Positions 12,931 through 23,039 of a DNA stretch of 64,000 bases are shown piece after piece (position 1 is the first letter of the stretch; every line of letters begins with the position of its first letter). Source of the stretch: Alphaproteobacteria bacterium (GTDB lineage: Bacteria > Pseudomonadota > Alphaproteobacteria > UBA6615); contig CBDHEC010000047.1 of assembly GCA_965261975.1 (NCBI GenBank), forward strand, positions 64,001 to 128,000, in the 5' to 3' direction. Position numbers and translations under genes: made by a program. The notes beneath the pieces were generated by a model that searched no databases, was not told where the DNA came from, and was given only the letters and a program-made list of their open reading frames with translations.

Positions 12931-13727
12931 TTCGACAGAACCTCTACTTGCTCCGGGTGGGTAACGTCGATCATCGGGCCGTTCCGTGATTTTAGCCAAC
13001 CCCGCACACGGATTCGACGCCCAAGATAGTCATCGGGTGAAATTCCAATGTCTTCGAAGCGCCACCAATCGCGCGCCGCGATCGAGACCGTGAAATCGCT
13101 TCGCCAATCGGATCCGTAGTTGAGAAATGTCCGACCCCGGACAACCGCGACATCCATCACCCGTCCTTCCACAAGCGCGTACTGGTCGAGATGCCGCGTG
13201 CTGGCTTCGGGGTCGAGCACGCCGTAGTAGGGGTGTGACCAGATTCCCCGACCCGTCTCGCGCGACGCGCGTTCATGTACCAGCATTTCGCGGACCAGCG
13301 CGCGGTTGTCGGGGAAACTGTAGACCCGCGCGAATCCCGAGGTCAGCAGTGCGGCCTGGATCCACGTCCCGTCTTCGGTAAACAGATGGGCGAGCAACCG
13401 GCCGTGCCGGTCGATATTCTGTCCGCCAAACCCGAGCGACACGCGGCGATTGAGAACCAGGTCCTCGAGGGCGGACTTGGCTTTGTCGGCCAGCGGCCAT
13501 TTTTTGAATCCGGGACGGCCGAGCGGCAGTTTCGGGGCCTGTATTCCGACCAGCCGGACCTGGCGGCCGTCGTCAAGAATGACAGTATCCCCATCGACCA
13601 CGGCGACCACCCGTGCCGCGCCACCATTCTGCAGGGCGTCGGGCATCTGCGCGTCGGCGAGGCCGGGCCCGGCTGCGGCGCCGACAAGGATCACCGCGAT
13701 CACGAGAAGAGTGCGGATGGTTGCCAT
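12927..13727 (-). CDS. Thermonuclease (SNase)-family protein
   Basis: VVDGDTV, VRLVGIQAP, DRHGRLLAH motifs; signal peptide; ATGA overlap with the M48 gene. Confidence 0.88.
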   Translation of the reverse strand: MATIRTLLVIAVILVGAAAGPGLADAQMPDALQNGGAARVVAVVDGDTVILDDGRQVRLVGIQAPKLPLGRPGFKKWPLADKAKSALEDLVLNRRVSLGFGGQNIDRHGRLLAHLFTEDGTWIQAALLTSGFARVYSFPDNRALVREMLVHERASRETGRGIWSHPYYGVLDPEASTRHLDQYALVEGRVMDVAVVRGRTFLNYGSDWRSDFTVSIAARDWWRFEDIGISPDDYLGRRIRVRGWLKSRNGPMIDVTHPEQVEVLSK

Positions 13728-13856
13728 GAGCGAATTATAGCGTTTGATTGGAGCGCGTGTGTGGTGGCTTTGCGGCGCGAAGGCGGCCGCGGGTCCGGTT
13801 GACATATGGGTTCGGGCACGTCCACATGCCGCGGCCCGGCGACAGGAGAGTTTGTT

Positions 13857-14804
13857 TTGCGTACGGATTTGTTCCCAGTTATCGACGCCCGTGAAAGCGG
13901 CATGCTCGACCTGGACGGTACCCACGCGATGTATTGGGAGGAGTGCGGGAACCCGGATGGGGTCCCGATACTATTTCTGCATGGCGGGCCCGGCGCGGGC
14001 ACAATGTCCGTGCATCGCCGGTTCTACGATCCGGAATATTATCGGATCATACTATGTGATCAGCGCGGGGCCGGCCGATCAACGCCGTATGCCAGCCTGA
14101 TCGATAACACGACCCAACACCTCTTGGCCGACCTTGAGACATTGCGCGTCCATCGGGATATCGAACAATGGCATCTTTTCGGCGGTTCATGGGGTTCCAC
14201 CCTGGCACTCGCTTATGCGCAGGCTCATCCGCAACATTGTCTGGGCATGGTGCTGCGCGGAATATTCACCTGCGCGCCCCGGGAAGTCGCCTGGTTCCTT
14301 GAGGGTATGGGACGGGTCTTTCCCGAAGCGTGGCATGATTTTTCGCAAACCATCCCCGAGGCGGAACGCGGTGATTTGTTGCAAGCATATGTGCGGCGTT
14401 TGAATGACCCCGACCCGGAGGTTCATCTGCCCGCTGCGCGCGCCTGGGCGACATATGAAGCCCGTTGCTCCACCCTTCGGCCGAACCCGGATGCGGTAGC
14501 GGCAATGTCCGATGCGCAAGGCATGCTCGCGCTGGCCCGTATTGAGGCACATTATCTCGCCCATGGCGCATTCCTCACTCCGGAACAGCTTTTCGACGGT
14601 GTCGAGAGGATTCGCCATCTGCCCGCCACGATTGTTCAGGGCCGCTACGATATGGTGTGTCCTATCGAGACGGCGGAGCGGCTTGCGCGGGCATGGCCCG
14701 AGGCTGAGTATACGATTGTGCCGGATGCCGGGCATTCGGCCCTGGAGCCGGGCACCCGCGCGGCGCTGATGCGCGCGGTGGAAGGTCTCAAGGAACTCAC
14801 ATAA
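13857..14804 (+). CDS. pip: Proline iminopeptidase
   Basis: HGGPG, DQRGAGRS, GGSWGS nucleophile, QGRYDMVCP, AGHS; TTG start after GGAG. Confidence 0.92.
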   Translation: MRTDLFPVIDARESGMLDLDGTHAMYWEECGNPDGVPILFLHGGPGAGTMSVHRRFYDPEYYRIILCDQRGAGRSTPYASLIDNTTQHLLADLETLRVHRDIEQWHLFGGSWGSTLALAYAQAHPQHCLGMVLRGIFTCAPREVAWFLEGMGRVFPEAWHDFSQTIPEAERGDLLQAYVRRLNDPDPEVHLPAARAWATYEARCSTLRPNPDAVAAMSDAQGMLALARIEAHYLAHGAFLTPEQLFDGVERIRHLPATIVQGRYDMVCPIETAERLARAWPEAEYTIVPDAGHSALEPGTRAALMRAVEGLKELT

Positions 14805-14888
14805 GCTTGTCGATCGGGAGTTTTCGTCGGCCTCATGATCTCGTATGATGGCTGGCACGCGGGCTGGTTCCTGCGATCGATACAGGGG

Positions 14889-15401
14889 GTGAAAGTGCGC
14901 AATCTAACAATCATGCTGGCGGCGGCAATGATGGCCGTTGTATTCACGACCCCCGCGGCGCAAGCCGATGACCCTGATTTCCTGGCAATCGGCGGCGGCT
15001 GGTATGACTGGAATGACGATAAGGACGCGTTCGATTTTCGCGCGGAGTATCGTTCCGGGTACAAGCTGGCCGGGCTGGTGAAGCCCTGGGTCGGTATCGA
15101 GGCCACCAGCGATCAGGCAATCTACGGCGTGGGCGGAATTCTCCTCGACCTCTATTTTGGTCGCCGCTGGGTCTTTACCCCGAGCTTCGGTGCAGGATTT
15201 TACGCCGACGGCAGTGGCAAGGACCTTGGCCATACGATCGAGTTTCGCTCGCAGCTTGAGTTCGGCTATCGCTTCGATGACCGCTCTCGCCTGTCACTAG
15301 CGGTGAGCCATATCTCGAATGCGAGCCTGGGCGACAGTAATCCGGGCACCGAGATCGCCACCATCTACTATCACATCCCCTTCTCGGAAATTCTCGACTA
15401 G
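14889..15401 (+). CDS. Acyloxyacyl hydrolase / PagL-like outer-membrane beta-barrel
   Basis: Signal peptide; IEFRSQLE and SHISNA-x5-NPGTE motifs; start approximate. Confidence 0.82.
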   Translation: MKVRNLTIMLAAAMMAVVFTTPAAQADDPDFLAIGGGWYDWNDDKDAFDFRAEYRSGYKLAGLVKPWVGIEATSDQAIYGVGGILLDLYFGRRWVFTPSFGAGFYADGSGKDLGHTIEFRSQLEFGYRFDDRSRLSLAVSHISNASLGDSNPGTEIATIYYHIPFSEILD

Positions 15402-15421
15402 CTGCCACGGGCACGCCGACC

Positions 15422-16207
15422 ATGGTTGAAAAGGGTGGCGCGTTGATCACGGGAGCAGCGCGACGGATCGGGCGTTGTCTGGCCGAGACCCTTGCCGCCG
15501 GGGGCTGGCATGTTGTCGTCCATCACAATCAATCGACAGGTGACGCGGATGACGTGGTTCATCGGATCACCGAAGCCGGCGGTCGCGCTGTCGCGGTGGC
15601 GGCCGATTTATCGAATCCCACGGCGTGTAATGGATTGATCGATGAGGCCCGCGAGCTGACGGGTGGGCTGGGGTGTCTGATCAACAATGCGTCGCTGTTT
15701 GTCGAAGACACGGCGCGAGATATCGATGCCGAAACCTTCGATCGTGTCATGGCGGTCAATCTGCGCGCACCGGCGATCCTGTCACGCGCGTTTGCCGAGC
15801 AGGTGCCGGATGATGGCGAGGCTGTGATCATCAATATCCTGGATCAGAAGCTCGTGAACCCCAATCCGGATTTCCTCTCATACACATTGTCGAAGCACGG
15901 ATTGTCGGTGCTCACGGAAATGATGGCGGCATCTCTGGGCCCGGCGGTCCGGGTCTGTGCCGTCGCGCCGGGCCTCACCTTGCCGAGCGGAGAACAGCCG
16001 CAATCCCAATTCGATGCCGTTCATGGCCGCACCCCGCTGGCGCGGGGCTCTCAGCCCGAGGACATCGCGGGTGCTGTGCTGTACCTGTTGGGCGCGCGGG
16101 CGGTCACGGGGGAGACAATCCTGGTCGATGGGGGACAACATTTGGTGCCGAGCGCACGTGACGTTATGTTCCTCGACCCGAGCCCTTCAAAGGATACTGG
16201 TGCATGA
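15422..16207 (+). CDS. Pteridine-reductase-like SDR (FolM-like)
   Basis: TGAARRIG, NNAS, YTLSK; translationally coupled to folB. Confidence 0.85.
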   Translation: MVEKGGALITGAARRIGRCLAETLAAGGWHVVVHHNQSTGDADDVVHRITEAGGRAVAVAADLSNPTACNGLIDEARELTGGLGCLINNASLFVEDTARDIDAETFDRVMAVNLRAPAILSRAFAEQVPDDGEAVIINILDQKLVNPNPDFLSYTLSKHGLSVLTEMMAASLGPAVRVCAVAPGLTLPSGEQPQSQFDAVHGRTPLARGSQPEDIAGAVLYLLGARAVTGETILVDGGQHLVPSARDVMFLDPSPSKDTGA

Positions 16208-16632
16208 GCATGCCCGTGAGCGATATGGCGGTCACCGACCCTGTGGAACAACGCTTGCTCGATCGGTGGCCCGAGGTGCGCAAGATTTTCTTCCGCAATC
16301 TCCTCGTGGACATGCACATGGGCGTGCACGCGCATGAAAAAGGACGCACCCAACCCGTCCGGATCAATATGGTTCTGTATCTGCGCGCCGACATCGTCCC
16401 GAAAACGGATTCGATCGCAGAAGTTTTCAACTACGACCGCATCCATGGCGGGGTCCAGGATCTGATCGAGGGTCGCCACATTAATCTCCAGGAGACCCTC
16501 GTCGGTGAGATTGCGGCCATGTGCCTTGGTTTCGATGAAGTCCTCGCTGTCCGTGTGTCCACGGAGAAGACGGACATTTATCCCGATTGTGACGGGGTCG
16601 GATACGAGTTGGTGCGCGTGCGGGAAACTTGA
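16204..16632 (+). CDS. folB: Dihydroneopterin aldolase
   Basis: GVHAHEKGRTQPVRIN, FNYD, INLQETL, EK motifs. Confidence 0.85.
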   Translation: MSMPVSDMAVTDPVEQRLLDRWPEVRKIFFRNLLVDMHMGVHAHEKGRTQPVRINMVLYLRADIVPKTDSIAEVFNYDRIHGGVQDLIEGRHINLQETLVGEIAAMCLGFDEVLAVRVSTEKTDIYPDCDGVGYELVRVRET

Positions 16633-16689
16633 TCCCGACCCGCGAAACGAAGCGCGCATCGTTGGGGTGTGCATGACAGGGAGACAGAC

Positions 16690-17586
16690 ATGAGCCTCGA
16701 TTGGCCGACAGATCGCATCGATTTCAATCCCATCCATGGCCGCGCGCCGTTGCCCCTGCCGGAGGGACGCAAGGTCGTCGTCTGGCCTTGCATCAATGTC
16801 GAGAACTGGGTGATCGAGAGCCCGATGCCGCGCACGGTGGTCAATCCGCCGGGCGGGGTTGAGAAATCAGTGCCGGATATTCCCAACTGGGCCTGGCACG
16901 AATATGGCCAGCGGGTCGGTTTCTGGCGCCTCAAGCGAATCTTCGATGAATTCGGCGCGAAGTCGACGCTCGTCCTCAATGGCACCGTTTGTGACGTGTA
17001 TCCGCAGATCGTCGATGCCGCCCTCGAGTCCGGCTGGGACCTTTGCGGCCATGGCTGGATTCAACGCGCCCTGCCGGCGGTCGAGGACCAGGAGGATATG
17101 ATCCACCGGGTATTCAAGAAGCTGAAGGAATATTCGGGCCGAGACCCGAAAGGGTGGTTGGGGCCGGCCCTGGCCGAGACCCATGACACGGTGGACTGGC
17201 TGCATGAGGCGGGTTTCGAGTATGTCGCCGACTGGGTGCTCGATGACCAGCCGGTCGACCTGCGGACCACGTCGGGTACCCTGGTTGGCTTGCCGTATAC
17301 CCAGGAGCTGAACGATCTGGCGATGCAATTGATCCAGGGTCACCGGGCTCAGGAATATGGCGACCGCGCGATTCGCGAGTTCGACCAGCTGATCGAGGAT
17401 GCCACCGCCGAACCGGGATCGACCCGGATCATGTGCTTCACCCTGCATCCCTACATCATGGGGGTGCCCCATCGCGCCCGTGAAATCCGGCGTATCCTGG
17501 AGCATGTCTGCAACCGCGACGATACGTTCGTGTGGACAGGCGAAGAGATTCTCGACTGGTACAAGTCGGTCCGCCCGTCCCAGTAG
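16690..17586 (+). CDS. Polysaccharide deacetylase-family (CE4, PuuE-like) protein
   Basis: WHEYGQRVGFWR, GHGW, KGWLGP, LHPYIMGVPHR. Confidence 0.85.
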   Translation: MSLDWPTDRIDFNPIHGRAPLPLPEGRKVVVWPCINVENWVIESPMPRTVVNPPGGVEKSVPDIPNWAWHEYGQRVGFWRLKRIFDEFGAKSTLVLNGTVCDVYPQIVDAALESGWDLCGHGWIQRALPAVEDQEDMIHRVFKKLKEYSGRDPKGWLGPALAETHDTVDWLHEAGFEYVADWVLDDQPVDLRTTSGTLVGLPYTQELNDLAMQLIQGHRAQEYGDRAIREFDQLIEDATAEPGSTRIMCFTLHPYIMGVPHRAREIRRILEHVCNRDDTFVWTGEEILDWYKSVRPSQ

Positions 17587-17773
17587 CCCGCCGGGTCAGT
17601 CGGGCCGAACCAGGTTTGTGAGGAACGTGCCCGATTCGACCCTTTGACGAGTGGGCCCGGGGAGAGACTGGCTCTCGACGGGACCGGCGCGTCATACGGA
17701 ACACGTCCAATCTTCGGCGCAAATCCTGGTTGCCGAATTTGAGGGACCGGCTGCGTGTTTCCGTACCACCTTG

Positions 17774-17799
17774 TACGACCGCCCTTTGTGTTTGGATCA
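17774..17799 (-). promoter_or_regulatory. RpoE (ECF11)-type promoter facing an ORF-less region
   Basis: Minus strand TGATCC-N15-TCGTA. Confidence 0.65.
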
Positions 17800-17839
17800 C
17801 AACGGGGCCGCCGATCGTGCTGTTGAGGTTCCGCGTGCT

Positions 17840-17865
17840 TGATCCGTCGCGGCGTCGAGCACGTA
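17840..17865 (+). promoter_or_regulatory. RpoE (ECF11)-type promoter of the SDR gene
   Basis: TGATCC-N15-ACGTA, 38 nt before the ATG. Confidence 0.75.
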
Positions 17866-17903
17866 GAAAGAGGCAATAGCGTCGATCGGAAAAGGGTCAA
17901 TTG

Positions 17904-18680
17904 ATGTCGGTGAGTAAGCCTCGAATCGCGTGGGTCACGGGCGCGAGCCGTGGAATCGGCCATGCGGTGGCGCTGGAACTGGCGCGGGAAGGCTGGACCG
18001 TCGCTGCCAGTGCGCGAAGCGTTGCGGATATCGAGGCTCTCGCGGCGGCGTGTGCCGAATTTCCCGGGGCCGTCCAGCCGTTTCCGCTCGACATCACTGA
18101 CGAAAATGCGGCGCGAGAAACTGTCCGCGAGATTGAAAATCGGCTCGGGCCGATCGACCTCGCGGTCCTCAATGCCGGTACCCATGAACCGGTGGATGGC
18201 CGCGCCATCTCGGTGGCGCCATTCCGTCGTCTTATGGAGATCAATTACATGGGAACGGTGAATTGCCTGGCGCCCGTCGCCGAACGGTTCGTGGCGCGGC
18301 GCGCCGGCCGCATCGCCGTTGTGGCCTCGCTTGCCGGTTACCGTGGGCTTCCGACGGCCAGCGCCTACGGGGCGTCCAAGGCGGCGCTAATCAATATGTG
18401 TGAGGCGTTGCGGCCGGAGCTTCGGGCCGCCGACGTTCTTCTGTCTGTGGTCACACCCGGTTTTGTGCGGACACCCCTGACCGATCGGAACCCGTTCCCG
18501 ATGCCGTTCCTGATCGATGCGGACACTGCCGCGCGGCGCATCGTGCGGGGCCTCGCCACGTCCCGGTTCGAGATCACTTTCCCGCGGCGGTTCTCATATC
18601 TGATGAAGCTGCTGAGGGTCTTGCCCTACATGCTCTATTTCGCGGTGACGCGTCGGGCATTGCCGAAAAGCGAAACCTGA
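17904..18680 (+). CDS. SDR-family oxidoreductase (RpoE-regulon type)
   Basis: TGASRGIG, NAG, YGASK, TPGFVRTPLT, FPMPF. Confidence 0.88.
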   Translation: MSVSKPRIAWVTGASRGIGHAVALELAREGWTVAASARSVADIEALAAACAEFPGAVQPFPLDITDENAARETVREIENRLGPIDLAVLNAGTHEPVDGRAISVAPFRRLMEINYMGTVNCLAPVAERFVARRAGRIAVVASLAGYRGLPTASAYGASKAALINMCEALRPELRAADVLLSVVTPGFVRTPLTDRNPFPMPFLIDADTAARRIVRGLATSRFEITFPRRFSYLMKLLRVLPYMLYFAVTRRALPKSET

Positions 18681-18693
18681 CGGCCCGGCTTTT

Positions 18694-19956
18694 CTAGCCC
18701 GCGGACGTTATCCGGTACTGGGCGACGGAGATATTTCCGGCGCGGAACCCGGCCTCGCAATAGCAAAGATAATAGCGCCACAAGCGGCGGAAAGTTTCGT
18801 CGAAACCCTGGGCGGCGATCGTCGGCCAGGCGGCCTCGAAGGAAAGCCGCCACAGGCGCAGTGTCTCGGCGTAATCCCGCCCGAATGTTCGGTTGTCCGA
18901 GATTTCCAGGCCCGCGTCGGATATTCCCTGTGCGAACCGTGTCGGGGAGGGCAACATGCCGCCGGGAAACACCCGAAGCTGGATGAAGTCGGGCGTGCGG
19001 CGATAGGCTTCGAACCGCGCTTCGTCGATCGTGATCACCTGCATACCGGCGATACCGCCGGGCCGGAGCCGTGCGCTGACCACGTCGAAGAAGGCCGGCC
19101 AGTAGGCCTCGCCGACCGCTTCGAACATTTCGATCGATGCGATCTTGTCGAACGTTCCCGACACATCGCGATAATCTTGCAAACGAACCTCGATCCGGTC
19201 GCTCAGGCCGGCATCGGAGATTTTCTGGCGCGCCCATGCGGCCTGTGATGGCGACACGGTCAGTGCGGTGACGCGACAGCCGTATTGCGTGGCCACATGG
19301 ATCGCAAACGCGCCCCAGCCGCAGCCGATTTCGAGCATGTGATCGCCGGGCTGGAGGTCCAGCATTTCCGCCAGCTGATCGAACTTGCGAATTTGTGCCG
19401 CGGTCACGGCCGTGCCCGAGCTGTTGCTGCCGGCATCGTGCCCGGCGTCGAAACAGGCGGACGAATAGGTCATGCTGGGGTCCAGCCATGCCGCGTAGAA
19501 TTCATTGCCCAGATCGTAATGGGCGGCGATGTTCCGTCGGCTGCCTCTGCGCGTATTGGACCGCAACCGCAGGTGCAGGCGACCGAGCATTCGTGCGGCG
19601 CCCATGGGCGAAAAATGGTCGCTCAATGCATCGAGATTCTTGGCGCCCAGCTCGATCACGGCCGTGAGATCGTCGCTCTCCCAATCGCCGGCGACATATG
19701 AATCCGCGAGTCCCAATGCACCGTCAAACAGGATGTGACGGGCGATGGTGTAGCGGTTGATCTTGATGGCGGCATCGGGGCCGTCGATGGGTCCCGTGGC
19801 ACGGACGCGGCGTCCGTCGGGCAGTTCGATCGAGAGTTTTCCGGCCAACAGCTTCTCGGACAGGCGGTTCAGCGTGCTGGTCAGGAGGCGGGGGCCGATG
19901 GCGAGGCCGCGCGAACGGGGTTGAAGCGGAAAATCAGTCTGCGCGAACTGCGACAT
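18694..19956 (-). CDS. SAM-dependent fatty-acyl methyltransferase (Cfa/UfaM family)
   Basis: NIAAHYDLGNEFY, MTYSSA, LEIGCGWG, SIEMFEAVG, WRYYLCYCEAGF. Confidence 0.92.
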   Translation of the reverse strand: MSQFAQTDFPLQPRSRGLAIGPRLLTSTLNRLSEKLLAGKLSIELPDGRRVRATGPIDGPDAAIKINRYTIARHILFDGALGLADSYVAGDWESDDLTAVIELGAKNLDALSDHFSPMGAARMLGRLHLRLRSNTRRGSRRNIAAHYDLGNEFYAAWLDPSMTYSSACFDAGHDAGSNSSGTAVTAAQIRKFDQLAEMLDLQPGDHMLEIGCGWGAFAIHVATQYGCRVTALTVSPSQAAWARQKISDAGLSDRIEVRLQDYRDVSGTFDKIASIEMFEAVGEAYWPAFFDVVSARLRPGGIAGMQVITIDEARFEAYRRTPDFIQLRVFPGGMLPSPTRFAQGISDAGLEISDNRTFGRDYAETLRLWRLSFEAAWPTIAAQGFDETFRRLWRYYLCYCEAGFRAGNISVAQYRITSAG

Positions 19957-20770
19957 GGGAAAACTTCCTCGGATCGACAACGATCGACACCGGGTTTGCG
20001 GGCGGTGCTGTGTGGCGGACGAGCGGCGTGCGTTTAAGCCACAAACGCAGCGCGTCCCAATGGATACTGGCGATCACTTTGAGGGTCAAAAGCGGGTAGC
20101 GCAAGATGGTCGAGGCAAGGAATTTATCGTTCAGTTCGACCCGTCGTGCGTGCAGGGTCGCGGCCAGCAATGGTCCGTCCCGGTCGCTTTCGCGAATGAC
20201 GATGCTGACATCCGCACCAGGCGGTCGCAGCGTGATGTCATAGCGGCAATCCATCGGAATGAATGGCGAGACATGGAATACCTTGTCGAACCCGTGATGG
20301 AGGGTGGCGTCCGGGTCGTACGTACCGGTTTCTTCAGACTCATCGTTTCGTTGACCCACCAGATAGGTGTGGGATTCACCGAAGGTGTTTGCCACCTGAT
20401 ACAGCACCGCCGTCAATCGGTCGTCACGGTCATGGCAGAAATAGACGCTGAGAGGATTGAACGCATAGCCGAGGATGCGCGGCAGGCACAGGATGGATAC
20501 CCGCCCGCCCGTCGGATCGATGCCGGCTGCCGACAACTGGGTATCCACCCATGCGCGCAGATCACTGCCGTCGCGCGGCCCGTGGTCGCGGTCGTGGAAA
20601 CTGAACATTCCGGCCCTGTTGTGGGCAAAAAGCCGGGAGCCGCGGTCCAGATCATCGATCTCGTCCAGGTCGAGCAACAGATAGAAAACACCGTAGCGCA
20701 GTCGATGCGCGCGCGGCCGATGCCGGGCATGCACCACATGACCGGTAAAGGCTGTCGATCGTTGTGTCAT
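19934..20770 (-). CDS. DUF1365-family protein (UfaO-like)
   Basis: GHVVHARHRP, PRILGYAFNPLSVYFC, NTFGESHTY, KVFHVSPF, IHWDALRLWLK. Confidence 0.88.
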   Translation of the reverse strand: MTQRSTAFTGHVVHARHRPRAHRLRYGVFYLLLDLDEIDDLDRGSRLFAHNRAGMFSFHDRDHGPRDGSDLRAWVDTQLSAAGIDPTGGRVSILCLPRILGYAFNPLSVYFCHDRDDRLTAVLYQVANTFGESHTYLVGQRNDESEETGTYDPDATLHHGFDKVFHVSPFIPMDCRYDITLRPPGADVSIVIRESDRDGPLLAATLHARRVELNDKFLASTILRYPLLTLKVIASIHWDALRLWLKRTPLVRHTAPPANPVSIVVDPRKFSHVAVRAD

Positions 20771-22155
20771 TCGGCAGCCGTCGCGTAACTGGTCATGTTG
20801 TTCGCCGAAATGTCTGCCGTGACGTTGATGCGGCTCGAGGGATCGGACAGCGACCAGGGGCGCATCTGACCCCCCAGGGCCTCCGCGACGGCAAGCCCGG
20901 ATTGAAGTGCATCCTCGTGGAAACCGTATCCGAAGTAGCTGCCGCAGAACCATGTGTTGTGCGTGCCCTGCAATGACCAGAGTTCGGGTTGCGCCGCCAA
21001 TGCGCCGCTGTCGAACATCGGGTGGTCGTACTCGAACATGGCGACCGGATTCGTCGGCGGCCGTTTGGGGTTCAAGGTGATGAATACATCCTCGTGGGCG
21101 TTGAGCCCCTGCAGACGATTTAGCCAGTAGCTGACCTGCGGCGGCCCGTTGTGGGTATCATCGCCTGCAGACGTGGCGGCGGCGTCCTCGCCAACATAGT
21201 TCCAGCTCGCCCAGACCGAACGTCGCCGTGGCATCTGCGTCGGATCCTTGTGCAGGTAGGTTCGGTTTCGCGTGTAGGGAATGGCGCCGAGCAGGGCGCG
21301 CTCGTCCGCCGTGGGGTCTGCCAGCAGCCGCAGGGCCTGATCTGCATGGGTGGCGATCACCGCGTGGTCGAAATCATGGACCCGCCCACGGTTGTCTGTG
21401 ACCGACACACCGCCCGCGCGCCGGGTGATTCCGGCGACGCCCAGGTTTCGGTGAATGCGATTGGCGAAGGATGCGGTCAGCCGGTCGACATAGGTGCGGC
21501 TGCCGCCGGTGACCGTCCGCCATGTGGGCCGGTTGCGCAGTTCGAGCAACCCGTGGCTTTCGAAGAAGCGCACAAAGGCCTCTGCCGGGTAGGCGCGCAT
21601 GTCTTCGGCGCTCGACGACCAGATGGCCGCCCCCATGGGGAGCAGATGATCTTCCACAAAGGCGCGCCCATAGTTGCCGCGTGACAGATACTGGCCCAGC
21701 GACAGGCCGGCGAGTGCGCCGGCGGACAGATCTTCGGGAGCGACGCCATAAAAGCGTCGCAGATCGGCGAGCATCGACCAGAAGCGTGGCCGGGCGAGAT
21801 TTCGCCGCTGACCGAACAGCCCGTTGGGCGCGTCACTGGAGTATTCCAGTCGCCCGCCGTCGAGCGATACCGCGAAGGACATGTCGCTTGACTGGGTCGG
21901 CACGTCGAGATGGCGAAAGAGCGCGACCAGGTTCGGATAGTTTCGCTCGTTGTAAACGATGAAACCCGTGTCCACGGGTGTGTCCCGACCATCCAGGGTG
22001 ACGCTGCGCGTGTTCGCATGCCCGCCGGTCCAGCCGGCGGCCTCGAACACGGTGACCCGGTGGTACCGCGAGAGCTGCCACGCCGCCGACAGCCCCGCGA
22101 TTCCGGTGCCGACGACCGCGATGTTGAGCACATGATGGTGCGAAGAGTCGGGCAT
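20767..22155 (-). CDS. FAD-dependent oxidoreductase (UfaD/RSP_1091-like)
   Basis: GTGIAGLSAA, GGHANT, VDTGFIVYNERNYPNL, WASWNY, GYGFHEDALQSG. Confidence 0.9.
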   Translation of the reverse strand: MPDSSHHHVLNIAVVGTGIAGLSAAWQLSRYHRVTVFEAAGWTGGHANTRSVTLDGRDTPVDTGFIVYNERNYPNLVALFRHLDVPTQSSDMSFAVSLDGGRLEYSSDAPNGLFGQRRNLARPRFWSMLADLRRFYGVAPEDLSAGALAGLSLGQYLSRGNYGRAFVEDHLLPMGAAIWSSSAEDMRAYPAEAFVRFFESHGLLELRNRPTWRTVTGGSRTYVDRLTASFANRIHRNLGVAGITRRAGGVSVTDNRGRVHDFDHAVIATHADQALRLLADPTADERALLGAIPYTRNRTYLHKDPTQMPRRRSVWASWNYVGEDAAATSAGDDTHNGPPQVSYWLNRLQGLNAHEDVFITLNPKRPPTNPVAMFEYDHPMFDSGALAAQPELWSLQGTHNTWFCGSYFGYGFHEDALQSGLAVAEALGGQMRPWSLSDPSSRINVTADISANNMTSYATAAE

Positions 22156-22200
22156 GAGCAGCGGTTCCGGGGTGTGTATTGACGCGTTGTTGACGATTTC

Positions 22201-22226
22201 TACGCTGATTCTGCTTTCCTAGATCA
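22201..22226 (-). promoter_or_regulatory. RpoE-type promoter of the oxidoreductase-DUF1365-cfa operon
   Basis: Minus strand TGATCT-N15-GCGTA. Confidence 0.8.
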
Positions 22227-22252
22227 CGCGCGGCGAAATTTGCGGGAAAGAG

Positions 22253-22278
22253 TGATCTGAGCTCCGGCGGGCGGCGTA
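22253..22278 (+). promoter_or_regulatory. Autoregulatory RpoE-type promoter of rpoE-chrR
   Basis: TGATCT-N15-GCGTA, 23 nt before the ATG. Confidence 0.8.
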
Positions 22279-22301
22279 TCAGAGGTTGAAGGAAATCACT
22301 G

Positions 22302-23033
22302 ATGCACACCGAAGCCCTCCATATCGATGAGTTAAGTTCCCTGCGGGCGCCCCGTGCGCGCTCCGCTGCGGCGTCTCCTGCCTTGGTTTCGAGCGGCGTG
22401 GCGTCTAGAACGTCTGGAACGGAACGTGCGGCGGGACATCCTGCGGCATGGCGCGCAGCGAAGAAAGTGACGGCAAGAATGCAAAATGGGGGCCCGGATT
22501 GGAGCGAAGTGCTGTGTGCCGTGGCCGAACGGGACAAGGCGTCTTTCGCCAGCCTGTTCCGGCATTTTGCGCCGCGGGTAAAGTCCTACATGCTGCGTCT
22601 CGGCTCGGACGATTCCCAGGCCGAGGACCTGGCCCAGGAAGCCATGGCCACGGTCTGGCGCAAGGCCGGTCAGTATGACCCAGCCCGCGCTGCAGCCTCG
22701 ACGTGGATATTCACGATTGCACGTAACCTGCGTATCGATGCTTTCCGCCGCACAAACAGGCCCGAGCTCGACCCCGAAGACCCCGCCCTCGTGCCGGATG
22801 CCCCGCCTCAGGGTGACGCGGTGGTCGAACAGAAACAGAATGCCGCACGCATCCAGGCCGCGCTCGCGGAGTTGCCCGAGGAGCAGCGCCAGGTGATGCA
22901 TATGTCCTTTTTCGATGAAAAGACCCATAGCGAGATCGCCGAGACCCTCGATCTGCCGCTGGGTACCGTCAAGTCCCGTATCCGATTGGCCTTTGGGCGC
23001 GTGAAGGCGTCCATCGGCAGCGCAGAAGAGTAA
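22302..23033 (+). CDS. rpoE: ECF sigma factor RpoE (ECF11)
   Basis: AEDLAQE, STWIFTIARNLRID, LPLGTVKSRIRLA; adjacent to chrR; start uncertain. Confidence 0.9.
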   Translation: MHTEALHIDELSSLRAPRARSAAASPALVSSGVASRTSGTERAAGHPAAWRAAKKVTARMQNGGPDWSEVLCAVAERDKASFASLFRHFAPRVKSYMLRLGSDDSQAEDLAQEAMATVWRKAGQYDPARAAASTWIFTIARNLRIDAFRRTNRPELDPEDPALVPDAPPQGDAVVEQKQNAARIQAALAELPEEQRQVMHMSFFDEKTHSEIAETLDLPLGTVKSRIRLAFGRVKASIGSAEE

Positions 23034-23039
23034 TTGCCC

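Noticed and set aside
16630-16655. Additional TGATCC as an RpoE promoter
   Set aside because: No CGTA -10 element at the 15-nt spacing
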